64,000 bases of DNA from a virus. Under the pieces are notes generated by a model that worked only from the letters and a program-made list of their open reading frames with translations, did no database searches and was not told the origin of the DNA. The DNA lies in IMG/VR virus record IMGVR_UViG_3300017917_004503, positions 87,374 to 151,373 of that record; one strand, written 5' to 3'. Position 1 is the first letter of the stretch; each line of letters starts with the position of its first letter. The position numbers were made by a program, and so were the translations under genes. Shown piece after piece: positions 19,937 through 29,888 of this stretch.

Positions 19937-21652
19937 ATGGCCCAACAAATAGAACAAGGAGATTACATATTTTACCAAGATGCAACTGTGGGCGGACCAC
20001 CAGTTCTTTGGAACTGGCTTTTTCCTGGTGGAACCCCCACCGGAAGTTCAAATCAAAATCCAATTGTTAGATATCTGGCACCAAACTCTTTAGGGTATAA
20101 TGTTACCCTTTACGTGGAAGACACATATTCAATATATTCGAGTAAAACTGAAAATAATGCCATAGTTGTTGTTCCTGAGAATCTTTCTTCTATATCGTTA
20201 TCTGCTTCGACAGCCAACGCTACACTCAGTGAAACTGTTTTATATACTGTTGCGGGTCCAACAGGAAAGTTGTCTTATTATGATTGGGATTTACCAGGAA
20301 CAGGAGGATTTACTGGACCGACCTCTCAAACGCAATCACTAACAGTCAATAGTTGGTTGGATTTGACTGGTTCTGATGCAGGGTCTTTCTTTTCCATAGC
20401 ATCTTTAGATGCTTCTGTTACTTATTTTTCAGTTACTGGAAATAGTCTTACTGTTACAACACCCATAAATTTTATAAAATCTGGATATTTTGAATCTTTT
20501 AACCTATTAAGTGCAACTGGAGCTTTTCCTTCTCCTACAACTCAGTACACCCAAGCTATTAATACCGTTACGCAAACCAGTTCAATTGGTCTTGGAGGAG
20601 GAGGATATGTCTGGCTTTTTGGACAGCCTTACTATCCTAATGCTATAGAAAATTTGTCATCTCGGGTACAGGGAGAAACTGTAGATTTTTGGTCTTGTAG
20701 TAAAGATTTTGCATTTCCTTTTGGTTCTATAGATGCAGGAAAACTTGAAAATTTACAATTTGTAGCTTCTAAACAGGCATTTGATGTTTTAGGAGTTTCA
20801 CCTACTGGATGGGAGTCTTTAAGCAGATATACTGTGGGTAACTATATGTTTCCGTATGATCTTTCTACATATTTTAATTCTAGTTTTTATTTAGCTGATG
20901 TGAATAGTTTGGTTGCAGGGACACCTATTTCAAATAATGGATATTCATCTTTTAATTCTCTCTTTCTGAATGATGCTTATTATGCCTCACAAAGTTCGGC
21001 TAGCATGTCTGCTAGGTACCCTTCTGTTCAACCAGCAGCATTTCTCCTTAATTTAGATGGTGCAGCAGGGGCAAGTGGATCTCCTGGATTGCAATGTATA
21101 CCCTCACCAACTCTTGTTGGCGGAACTGTAACATTAACACTCACTGTTCAATATAGTACTAATGGAAAAATAAGCGGATATAATCCTGCGTCTGATAATG
21201 TTATAAATATTAATTTTTCACCGCCGGGAAACAGCCCTGATGCTTCTTTATTTTTTGCACAGGATACCATAGGAGGCAGCGGATTTGTAAGCTTGATAAA
21301 TGCAGCTTTAACAAGTGCTGGTCTTGCTTCTAATATAGAAGCTATTGCAAGTCCGAGTTTTTGTTGGTCCCCAGCTTTATATGAATTAACAACGGGCCAA
21401 TATTTCCAAGGATGTAAAATAGTCATCAAAGATGTAGTTGATCCGGGCAACCCACATTTGAAGATAATAAGAGTCAGGGTCCAAGGAAACTCAGGCAGCT
21501 GGAACCCACCATACAATTTATATACGGTAACAGGAAATGCTGGATCCGGAAGTTGGCTTTGTTTTGCTGACGAGTACATTTCTAATCCTTATCAAGAATA
21601 TGACACTCAATCTTTGCCTTTTAGAGGTTTTAAGTTTAGAGGTAACACCTAA
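19937..21652 (+). CDS. PKD-domain virion protein
   Basis: FYQDAT..PVLWNWLFPGGTP..S.NQNPIVRY...YNVTLYV PKD signature; second degenerate PKD (YYDWDLPG). Confidence 0.7.
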   Translation: MAQQIEQGDYIFYQDATVGGPPVLWNWLFPGGTPTGSSNQNPIVRYLAPNSLGYNVTLYVEDTYSIYSSKTENNAIVVVPENLSSISLSASTANATLSETVLYTVAGPTGKLSYYDWDLPGTGGFTGPTSQTQSLTVNSWLDLTGSDAGSFFSIASLDASVTYFSVTGNSLTVTTPINFIKSGYFESFNLLSATGAFPSPTTQYTQAINTVTQTSSIGLGGGGYVWLFGQPYYPNAIENLSSRVQGETVDFWSCSKDFAFPFGSIDAGKLENLQFVASKQAFDVLGVSPTGWESLSRYTVGNYMFPYDLSTYFNSSFYLADVNSLVAGTPISNNGYSSFNSLFLNDAYYASQSSASMSARYPSVQPAAFLLNLDGAAGASGSPGLQCIPSPTLVGGTVTLTLTVQYSTNGKISGYNPASDNVININFSPPGNSPDASLFFAQDTIGGSGFVSLINAALTSAGLASNIEAIASPSFCWSPALYELTTGQYFQGCKIVIKDVVDPGNPHLKIIRVRVQGNSGSWNPPYNLYTVTGNAGSGSWLCFADEYISNPYQEYDTQSLPFRGFKFRGNT

Positions 21653-21669
21653 TTAAAAAACAAATTAAA

Positions 21670-24600
21670 ATGCCCAATAGTACATTATACATAAACGACA
21701 TAGCATTAGACAAAGAACTATTTGTTTGGGCCAGTGGACAAGATATTCGAAAATACACTGGAACGTCCTGGGAATATTATAATAGTTCCAATTCGGCAGT
21801 TCCCCAAGCTTCCCCATATTATTTAGATACCCGAAGCATTTCTATAGATCCCGAAAATAAAGCTTGGGTTGGAGTTGCCCAAGGACCAACATCTGGATTT
21901 AATGAAGTTGCCGTATTTTGGATAAACGCTTCAAATGTAACTGAAGGTGATTTTTGGAATTTCAGTGATCTTGGATCTTTTTCAGAGACCCAAGAAATTT
22001 CTTTAGTTTATGCTTGTCCTTTTGGTGATGACATCTTAGCATTCTCTACTCCTTTGAACGGTGTTGGTGGTACAGGAGCTACAGCTTATACTAGAATATT
22101 TGGTGCCACTGGAGGCAGATTGTTTCATTATCTGAAAGAAACTGACCAATGGAAAGAAACAGCACCTGGATATATTTGGCCTCACATATATTCTATATCG
22201 ACTAAGGGCAATAAAGGAACTGGATATTATTATTATCTAGGAACCAGCGAAGGTCTAATGGTTATACCCCAAGGGGTTTTGAGTACTATAGAGCTATCAA
22301 ACGGATTAAAGTATATTCAACAGGCCACAGTTTATAATTCTCATACCTCTGGAATAATATCCGATAACATCTATTGTTTATCCTTTGATGAGAATGAAAA
22401 TTTGTGGATCGGTACTGATTTAGGTCTTTCTTTTTTTAACGGAGAAAAATTTTGGAATTATCCTCTGAGCGGTCCTGTAACTGCCATACAGAGTAGAGAT
22501 AATGGCCACGTGTTTTATGCGATGGGTGACGGTGAGATGTTTCAAGGAACTGGTATTTGGCATTTCAACGGTACAACCCACACACAGATAAATTCTTCTA
22601 ATTCAGAATTACAAAACAATCAGGTACTAGACTTTAATATTCTGGAGCATAACGTGGTTCAGGGATCTAGGATTTTACATGAAAATTCTTTCTGGGTTCT
22701 CGAATACAATTACCTGTCGTCTCTAGATTATGATTTACCCCATGTTTATGCTTCTTCAAAATATGCTGGAGCAACCGGGTGGAATTTTACGTACTATACC
22801 CCTACTGGTGGTGGACCCGATATACCAAAAGTAAATAAGTACACCTGGACGTATCCTGAATGGCTTGTCTATGATAACGAATATCTTAAAGAAAAACATC
22901 CAGGATTGGATCCAAGAAACCTTTTTCTGACCACTAAGTTACAGGATATTGCAGACGGTAAAGCAGGGGAACAACCATACTGGAATAACTGGCCTTTACC
23001 TTCGTATGAAGAATCAGTAAAGATTGACCAGTTTGCTTCTCCAGCATGGGATGGCCAGATTATGATTTACAATGGGACACAATCCAACGTAAATATAACT
23101 TCTTCAACCGTACAGGAATTTCAAGGATATAAGAAATATTATGTTTCTGGTACAATTCTTCCACCAGCTCAGAATGTTGAAACAGTCGTACAGTTCGGAT
23201 ATTACTCAGACTCTACACCTGCAACTTTGACTGCAACTAATCCATCAATAAACGCTGATTTAAATTCAGTTAACGACACTTTCAGTCAGGGCAAGACCTC
23301 TTTTATAGTTTGTTACTCTGAGTCCGGTACGGTTGATGCTATACTGCCATTTAAAGGGAATAGCACAGAGATCCAATCCCTATGCTCTAGTCCTGATGGT
23401 AATTACATTTACGCAGGAGGAACTTTTAACAAATTTATCGAGGTTGGTGATTTCGTCTGGGGTTCTTCAGCTAATATTTTAGGTGCTTCTGGTCCAACTG
23501 GTGCACCTGTAGGTATCACTAATAATCAATTTTCATCATATGGAGCTACTTCCGACCTTGGTTGGATATACCCTATAACCGATCCTGGAATAACTACGAA
23601 TATTTATTGGACGATGACTGCTTTCCCTGGAGAATTTGAAAATGTTTCTTCCGGATTTGCTGATTTTAAGTTTGGTGGATATCCGTCCGGTACAATAGGA
23701 ACTTGGGAAACGATAGAAAACATCTATCTTAATTACTTGGACAATTTTACAGCAGATCAATCTGCTTTTTTGAATAGTGTTTTAATTGGATCTACTATTA
23801 AAATAACTCTAACAGGTGGTGTAACACAAACTGCCTATTATAGAATTGATGCTTCATCCAATAATTCAGGTAACAGTATAACATATTGGATCACATATCA
23901 AACCGGAGCAAGTGGTCCAGTTGAAGATTATAGCATTGCTCTCGTATCGTTAGATGCTGAGTTTTTCTCTTATAATTCGAATACCTTTCCTTATACTAAA
24001 TTTCAGGACACATTATTAAGTGATTCGTCAGCATTTTTCGTTGCTAAAATAGGTAGAGATTTAGGAAATATTTCAAGTTTTTCTGGTGTTACTGGCGATT
24101 TCAACACCTCTGTTAGAAAGTCATATAGAATAAATGAGTTTAGGCATTTCCCTGTTATTGGGACTTACAATTCAGCAATACAAAACATTACAATCGACGC
24201 ATCTAAATACTATTTGAATATAGGATTTTCCAATAATTCTGCAGTCAACAGATATTCAACACTAAAAAATCTCTGGACTAGAAGCGGTGATTTCATCGAT
24301 GCACCTAGTGAGTTTGGTAGTTCTACATCATCATATTTTATTTCGTATATGAGATTAACCACAGAAAACTTTGATTTGATTGATGTTGAGACCACAACTT
24401 CATCAAGTTTCATTTATCTGAAAGAAATCCAATCATCAAATAGCGAAAATAGTGTTTTGTTAACAGGAGTCTCTAATAACAGCTTCTCTATGTTGGATAT
24501 TGACCTGAATAACCCAATACCTTCTTCATCTTATCCTTTTTATATTATCACCGGACAAGGATCAACCGGATCAACCGGAGCTTTTGTTGATATCGGCGGA

Positions 24601-25680
24601 ACCTCTTCTTATTCTAATTTAAAGAAGATCTCTTGTGACAAGGACAGCAAATCACACTATTATGTCAGTACAGTAACTGGAGACTATGGCCAAGGATTAA
24701 CTGGAAGTTTTTTTGGACAGCAATACGTTTTAGGATCAACCGGTCAGAATTTCTTTGTCTCCGCCAAGATTACTGAACAAGGACAAGTTTTAGATTTGTT
24801 TACTAATTCTACAGGGATCCTTGATAGGAATATGCAAATACTTTCATTTGAAAATCTAAATCAAGATCAGAATTTCATAACATACCAAACAGGAGCTACT
24901 GGAATAACTGGATTTAACATAGGTTTTATTAAAACTAACATGGATGGTAAAAATCTAGATTCTAATAATTTAGGTTTATTTTATGGACCTGTTACTACTA
25001 TAACCGATTCTTCATCTAACATTTTTTCTTCTGGTGCTAATTGGGGTGGACTCACAGGTGGAACTGCTTATGTGAATGTCGGTGCAACATCAGGATTTAA
25101 TTTTCTGAGTAAACAATTTGTTCCTGAACTTGGTATTAATTTAGGAAATGTTATTTCTAGACCTGGCTCAGGAGCTTGGACATGGTGTGACGTACATTCG
25201 ACTGATAATTTTTTGCAGATACCAATATTATCTACAGTAGTTTTCAGTAACTATGCTTCAAATATTTACGGAAAACAAAATAACACATGGGTTCTAAGTA
25301 ATTCCCAAACCGGTGTTGAAATATTAAATGTTAAATCAACACCTTATTTTATTTTCACTTTTACAGAGTCTGGATATTTTACTATTTATAACAAAGTTGA
25401 GGATTCTGCAGGAAATGTGTACGAAATAACAAAACCAGGATTTATCCAGATAGTCGATCATAAGAACGAAAAAAGAGCTGATGATAGAAGACCAGACTTT
25501 GTGGATTCTAACGATTATGGTTATCCTAACGTTCCTTTTTCTGCCAGAGATTACCAAGTAAATAGGCTGAATAAAGATTTAATTATAGAAGAAGCCCAAA
25601 TTCTAGAGTCTAATAAAACACAGTTTGGATCTGGAATAGTTATACCAGGTAATCCTGATTCTACATTTGACTCTGAATAA
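21670..25680 (+). CDS. large virion protein with two-component-regulator (Reg_prop)-type beta-propeller repeats
   Basis: ISDNIYCLSFDENENLWIGTDLGLSFFNG and SISIDPENKAWVG blades; 1336 aa. Confidence 0.6.
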   Translation: MPNSTLYINDIALDKELFVWASGQDIRKYTGTSWEYYNSSNSAVPQASPYYLDTRSISIDPENKAWVGVAQGPTSGFNEVAVFWINASNVTEGDFWNFSDLGSFSETQEISLVYACPFGDDILAFSTPLNGVGGTGATAYTRIFGATGGRLFHYLKETDQWKETAPGYIWPHIYSISTKGNKGTGYYYYLGTSEGLMVIPQGVLSTIELSNGLKYIQQATVYNSHTSGIISDNIYCLSFDENENLWIGTDLGLSFFNGEKFWNYPLSGPVTAIQSRDNGHVFYAMGDGEMFQGTGIWHFNGTTHTQINSSNSELQNNQVLDFNILEHNVVQGSRILHENSFWVLEYNYLSSLDYDLPHVYASSKYAGATGWNFTYYTPTGGGPDIPKVNKYTWTYPEWLVYDNEYLKEKHPGLDPRNLFLTTKLQDIADGKAGEQPYWNNWPLPSYEESVKIDQFASPAWDGQIMIYNGTQSNVNITSSTVQEFQGYKKYYVSGTILPPAQNVETVVQFGYYSDSTPATLTATNPSINADLNSVNDTFSQGKTSFIVCYSESGTVDAILPFKGNSTEIQSLCSSPDGNYIYAGGTFNKFIEVGDFVWGSSANILGASGPTGAPVGITNNQFSSYGATSDLGWIYPITDPGITTNIYWTMTAFPGEFENVSSGFADFKFGGYPSGTIGTWETIENIYLNYLDNFTADQSAFLNSVLIGSTIKITLTGGVTQTAYYRIDASSNNSGNSITYWITYQTGASGPVEDYSIALVSLDAEFFSYNSNTFPYTKFQDTLLSDSSAFFVAKIGRDLGNISSFSGVTGDFNTSVRKSYRINEFRHFPVIGTYNSAIQNITIDASKYYLNIGFSNNSAVNRYSTLKNLWTRSGDFIDAPSEFGSSTSSYFISYMRLTTENFDLIDVETTTSSSFIYLKEIQSSNSENSVLLTGVSNNSFSMLDIDLNNPIPSSSYPFYIITGQGSTGSTGAFVDIGGTSSYSNLKKISCDKDSKSHYYVSTVTGDYGQGLTGSFFGQQYVLGSTGQNFFVSAKITEQGQVLDLFTNSTGILDRNMQILSFENLNQDQNFITYQTGATGITGFNIGFIKTNMDGKNLDSNNLGLFYGPVTTITDSSSNIFSSGANWGGLTGGTAYVNVGATSGFNFLSKQFVPELGINLGNVISRPGSGAWTWCDVHSTDNFLQIPILSTVVFSNYASNIYGKQNNTWVLSNSQTGVEILNVKSTPYFIFTFTESGYFTIYNKVEDSAGNVYEITKPGFIQIVDHKNEKRADDRRPDFVDSNDYGYPNVPFSARDYQVNRLNKDLIIEEAQILESNKTQFGSGIVIPGNPDSTFDSE

Positions 25681-25682
25681 TA

Positions 25683-25714
25683 AAAAAAGGCTAAATTTAA
25701 ATTTAGCCTTTTTT
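25683..25714. terminator. bidirectional intrinsic terminator (perfect 32-bp palindrome)
   Basis: AAAAAAGGCTAAATTT-AAATTTAGCCTTTTTT between convergent genes. Confidence 0.8.
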
Positions 25715-25718
25715 ATTT

Positions 25719-26486
25719 TTAATCCTTTCCTAATTTTGGGTTTTTTTGTTCCCAATCATCAAAAGTTTCCTCTATGATTTTTACTATAGGATCCCTCACT
25801 ATATCAGAAACCGAAAAATTCATAGTACCTATATCTTCTTTGTCGTCAAATAACTTAATTACAAGATCCAGTGCTGACATTCTAGAGTTTTTAATGTCTA
25901 TTTGTTTGGTGTCTCCTGTTATGATCATTTTAGTATCCGTCCCAATTCTAGTCATAGTGGATCTCATGTTTTTCTGAGTTATGTTTTGGGCTTCATCCAC
26001 TATGATTATTGCATTGTCTATCGATCTACCCCTTATATAAGCTAAGGGTAAAACCTCTATGTATCCTTGGTCTAACATTAATTGTGTTAAAGACTCTCCT
26101 ATTAATTTATGAAAATTATCTAGGAAAGAAATAGTAAAAGGGTACATTTTCTCTTTTAGATCTCCTTTTAAAAATCCAACTTCTTCACCCTCTAAAACTG
26201 TTACACTTTTAACTAAGATTATTTTTTTAAATCTTTGATCCGTTTTGAGCAATTTTAGTGCTTGAGCACATGCAAGGTAAGTTTTACCCGTTCCTGCTGG
26301 TCCTGCTGCAATAGTGATTTTGTTTTCATTTATTAGATTTATGAGTTTTTTCTGGTTTTCATTCTTAAACTTGTAATCTAACTTAAGTTTTTGAAGATCG
26401 AATCTAGATCCATGCTGGTTTGGGTTTCCTGAATGAAACGTTTCGTAATACTCTTCATCTGTAATTTTCTTTTTTCTACTTGCCAT
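25719..26486 (-). CDS. phoH: PhoH-family ATPase
   Basis: GPAGTGKT Walker A, LAYIRGRS, IIVDEAQN, TRIG, GDTKQID and DIVR motifs. Confidence 0.93.
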   Translation of the reverse strand: MASRKKKITDEEYYETFHSGNPNQHGSRFDLQKLKLDYKFKNENQKKLINLINENKITIAAGPAGTGKTYLACAQALKLLKTDQRFKKIILVKSVTVLEGEEVGFLKGDLKEKMYPFTISFLDNFHKLIGESLTQLMLDQGYIEVLPLAYIRGRSIDNAIIIVDEAQNITQKNMRSTMTRIGTDTKMIITGDTKQIDIKNSRMSALDLVIKLFDDKEDIGTMNFSVSDIVRDPIVKIIEETFDDWEQKNPKLGKD

Positions 26487-26510
26487 AGAGGTTTCTTTTT
26501 ATTGTTTTTT

Positions 26511-26675
26511 TTATTTCATACCAAAACACCACAACTCCTGATGTTTGGTAGTTTCTTTGGTTAATAAAGGGGAATGTAATTTTTTCTGGATTTTCTTGGA
26601 ATAAAATCCACCTTTTTGACTTAAATGAGTGACTCCGATGTAGATATTACTCAGTTTAATTTTTTTATCTGTCAT
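26511..26675 (-). CDS. possible small hypothetical protein (54 aa, MTDKKIKLSNIYIG...)
   Basis: ATG-to-TAA ORF filling the gap upstream of phoH; below the ORF-track cutoff. Confidence 0.35.
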   Translation of the reverse strand: MTDKKIKLSNIYIGVTHLSQKGGFYSKKIQKKLHSPLLTKETTKHQELWCFGMK

Positions 26676-26698
26676 ATTTAAGTGTTGTCGGAGACATT

Positions 26699-26708
26699 GA
26701 TATATATT
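26699..26708. promoter_or_regulatory. putative divergent late promoter (GATATATA on +, AATATATA on -)
   Basis: Self-complementary TATATA core between divergent genes. Confidence 0.5.
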
Positions 26709-26737
26709 TTACTTAAAAAAGAAATAAAAGATATAAA

Positions 26738-27646
26738 ATGGCAACAGTAAACATTTCAGAAATTTTAGGCTCCGATTCTATTTCTGGATCTAGAACAACT
26801 ATCAATTCCAATTTTTTAATATTACAAAACTGGATCAACGGTTATGTAACTGTATTTGGTGTAGATAGTGTAAATGGCATCCTGGATTTAACAGGGGCTT
26901 CAACCGGAAAAGTAGCAGCAAAAATTGGATCTTTCGATGCTATATCTGTACCAACAACAGGAACAGCAAAAGCAAGCGTTAGTAGTGCTGGTGTGGCTTC
27001 TTTTGTAACGGTGCAAACAACAACACTAACTGCATCTGGAACAGTCACATTCAATGGAAACGTAACATTCGGGAGTTCTTCCATATTTACGGTAGGTGGA
27101 ACTGCTAGTTTCAACGGCTCAACTAGTTTAAACGGAGGCTTAACTTTCGGACCTCTTGGACACGTAGTTAGTACTAACACTACTGCTGCAGGTGGAACTG
27201 GAACTGCATTCCCTGTAAATACGTCTGGAATAGGGGGAGGCGGATATTTAACATCTGTAAATTCTCCTTATGCAATTACAGGATTGGAAGATGTAATTTA
27301 TGCCAATTGCGGACCTACTGGTTTCTATATGAAGGTTGTTGATGGAACTTCTCCGGTTGGTGGTACTTTACCTAACATTCCTCAAGGTACAAGAATTACT
27401 ATAGTAAATACTTCTGCTGCTACAGGTTATATTTATACCGGTGTTACTGGAACATCTAGTTCATATTACACTGGATTTAACACCAGTTCAAGCTATGGAG
27501 GATATTCACCTTCAGGTATAGTGGTAAGTGCAAGCAAATCTTACAGATCATCGATTACCTTGCAATGGGAACCTAGAGTTGGACAGGGTCAAGCAACCCA
27601 GAATGGATCTTGGATAGTCCTCGGAGCAGCTAATGTTACTGTTTAA
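26738..27646 (+). CDS. fibre-like virion protein
   Basis: N-terminal ILGSDS..SRTTINSNF motif (gp9/gp10-like attachment motif); Gly/Ser/Thr-rich beta segments. Confidence 0.55.
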   Translation: MATVNISEILGSDSISGSRTTINSNFLILQNWINGYVTVFGVDSVNGILDLTGASTGKVAAKIGSFDAISVPTTGTAKASVSSAGVASFVTVQTTTLTASGTVTFNGNVTFGSSSIFTVGGTASFNGSTSLNGGLTFGPLGHVVSTNTTAAGGTGTAFPVNTSGIGGGGYLTSVNSPYAITGLEDVIYANCGPTGFYMKVVDGTSPVGGTLPNIPQGTRITIVNTSAATGYIYTGVTGTSSSYYTGFNTSSSYGGYSPSGIVVSASKSYRSSITLQWEPRVGQGQATQNGSWIVLGAANVTV

Positions 27647-27669
27647 CATAGAAAATAAATCATAATAAA

Positions 27670-29871
27670 ATGGCTAAAACCCCATTTATAAGACCTTTAC
27701 AAGTACAGGGTGGAACTTTTTACACATTTTCGTCCTCTGCTGAAGATCTATCTTTTACATTCAATAATTCTGTCGACAAATTCAGATTTTCGAAGTTTGC
27801 ACTTTTGAACATACCCAATATAGACAACAGTGCTTCAACAGACACTAACCTCATTAGATTAAATGGACCAGATAGTGCTTTTTTGGATTGGGCTAATTCT
27901 ACAGGCCAAATTATTACCGGCGATGCAAACGTAGATTTTTCACAGAGTTTCCAAAGTTATTGTCTCAATATAGAATCCACAATTACAGGAGCAGATGAGT
28001 ATGATTCATCCTTAAAACAAAACATTTCAGAGAGAATCTTCTTTAAGTGGCTTAAGGAAATTGGAGCCATTAGATGGAGAGCTGCTAATTCATCTGAGGT
28101 TTCTCCTGCTTTAGATCAAAATACCGTTACTGTTGTTAACGATCTTCCTTTGACCCAGAAAAGATACGTAGAAGGAGATGCAACCGCAGGAACAACGGGA
28201 TCTTATGGTATGACAGGAGCTACCTATAATAGAGTTGTTCAATATATTGGAAATTTAGATATCGTTAATTCGGTGAAAAATTCGAATAACTCTTATTCTG
28301 AAGTTTATGTTTACATCCCAACCAAAGATGGAAATACCCCATATGTTTTATTCAAAAACATTGTTGATGTAAATTATTATCCTGACTACCAATGGACAAA
28401 TAATCCAACTAATCCACTGAATGATGAATATCTTTTCGGCAGGGATTATACTGAAATTAATCCTAGCGGACTGACAACTCTAGCAATCTTTGATGATGAC
28501 GTTTTGGGACAGCCAGTTGCTAGTTATTATGACACTGGAGTTCTAGGAGCAACTGCTGCAGGAAATTGGTATTCTCCAAGGGATACAGCTAATACTTATT
28601 TTAGTGAGGATATTTTTACTGATCCGTCAAACTATATTTTAACTAAAACAGCTAATTCCAATACTTTAAGATATGTTAGAAGTAAATTAGATTCGATAGG
28701 TATAGACTTTAATCCAAACTCATATGAAGGTATAATTTCAAATCCAAACATAAGTACATTAGAAGAATTTAATTCGACTGGAGATGCAGCGGATTTTTCT
28801 TTCAATTGTGTTTTGATCTATTATGATGTTTACGATCCAGCTGAACCTAGTAATTCTGCTACTAATCTTTATGGAGTACTCTTTTTAGATGATGTGAATA
28901 GCACTGGTGGTGAAATTTACATCCCGAGATTTAATAAATATCGTCCTAACCCCGTAACTAAGCTTAACGGTAATTCTTATGGATTGAAGCTAAATCTGAA
29001 ATTTGATACGGACATCGATCAAACAGGTGTCGAACAGGCAATCAATGATTATTCGCCTTTTTCTCTGTCAATGTTCATGGATGCTCTTAATGTCTTACAA
29101 GATGCAAGCTCAACACTTAATAACGCATCTTCAGACTTCATAGAACTGAGTAACAGAGTTACTGCCATAGAAAACATTACCTTGTCTTCTTCGACCGCTT
29201 TAAACTTAGATAAAAGGATCTTAGCTTTAGAGAAAAGCCTAGCAGCAAATCAAGCATTATTTAATAACACCCAATCTATTATGCAGCTGATTGGACAAAA
29301 TTACGATCTTGTTAGGGCAATATTAAATAATCAAACGAGTGTTCAGATCTCATATGACCTAGATCTGATAAAGCAAGGGCCTGGTATAACTGTTGATAGA
29401 TCTATACCTAATCAGGTTGGGATCATAAATGACAATCAGGACTTTAACGTTGGATCAAATGGAGGTTACGGAATACTTACTCAAAACGGAAGTAACGAAA
29501 TTTCCCTTCTTAGATTTTCTAATTACTTTAAGCATGTGAATAATGGTATTCCTCTGACTTTAACCGGAGATTTAACCATAAGATTAAACGATACTGACAT
29601 CCAATGGAAAAGAGGACAAAGATTTAGATTTTCTTTTGGTGATCAAATTTATCCTGGTGATTTCATCATTACATTCTTAACTAACGCTGTTGGATTATAT
29701 CCTTTGACTAATCCATCAGGAGCAAATTATTCTACTGTCATAGTTTCATTAGACGAATCAAACTTTGTTGATTATGATTACCAACCAGTTTTTGATATAG
29801 TTTGTGTCGATGAGATAGCACTTAAATTCCAAGTAGACGCAGTAGGAAAAAGTATAACTAATAATCAATAA
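27670..29871 (+). CDS. virion structural protein with coiled-coil segment
   Basis: 733 aa in the structural cluster; heptad region LSNRVTAIEN..RILALEKSL. Confidence 0.55.
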   Translation: MAKTPFIRPLQVQGGTFYTFSSSAEDLSFTFNNSVDKFRFSKFALLNIPNIDNSASTDTNLIRLNGPDSAFLDWANSTGQIITGDANVDFSQSFQSYCLNIESTITGADEYDSSLKQNISERIFFKWLKEIGAIRWRAANSSEVSPALDQNTVTVVNDLPLTQKRYVEGDATAGTTGSYGMTGATYNRVVQYIGNLDIVNSVKNSNNSYSEVYVYIPTKDGNTPYVLFKNIVDVNYYPDYQWTNNPTNPLNDEYLFGRDYTEINPSGLTTLAIFDDDVLGQPVASYYDTGVLGATAAGNWYSPRDTANTYFSEDIFTDPSNYILTKTANSNTLRYVRSKLDSIGIDFNPNSYEGIISNPNISTLEEFNSTGDAADFSFNCVLIYYDVYDPAEPSNSATNLYGVLFLDDVNSTGGEIYIPRFNKYRPNPVTKLNGNSYGLKLNLKFDTDIDQTGVEQAINDYSPFSLSMFMDALNVLQDASSTLNNASSDFIELSNRVTAIENITLSSSTALNLDKRILALEKSLAANQALFNNTQSIMQLIGQNYDLVRAILNNQTSVQISYDLDLIKQGPGITVDRSIPNQVGIINDNQDFNVGSNGGYGILTQNGSNEISLLRFSNYFKHVNNGIPLTLTGDLTIRLNDTDIQWKRGQRFRFSFGDQIYPGDFIITFLTNAVGLYPLTNPSGANYSTVIVSLDESNFVDYDYQPVFDIVCVDEIALKFQVDAVGKSITNNQ

Positions 29872-29888
29872 TAATAACATAAAAGGAA

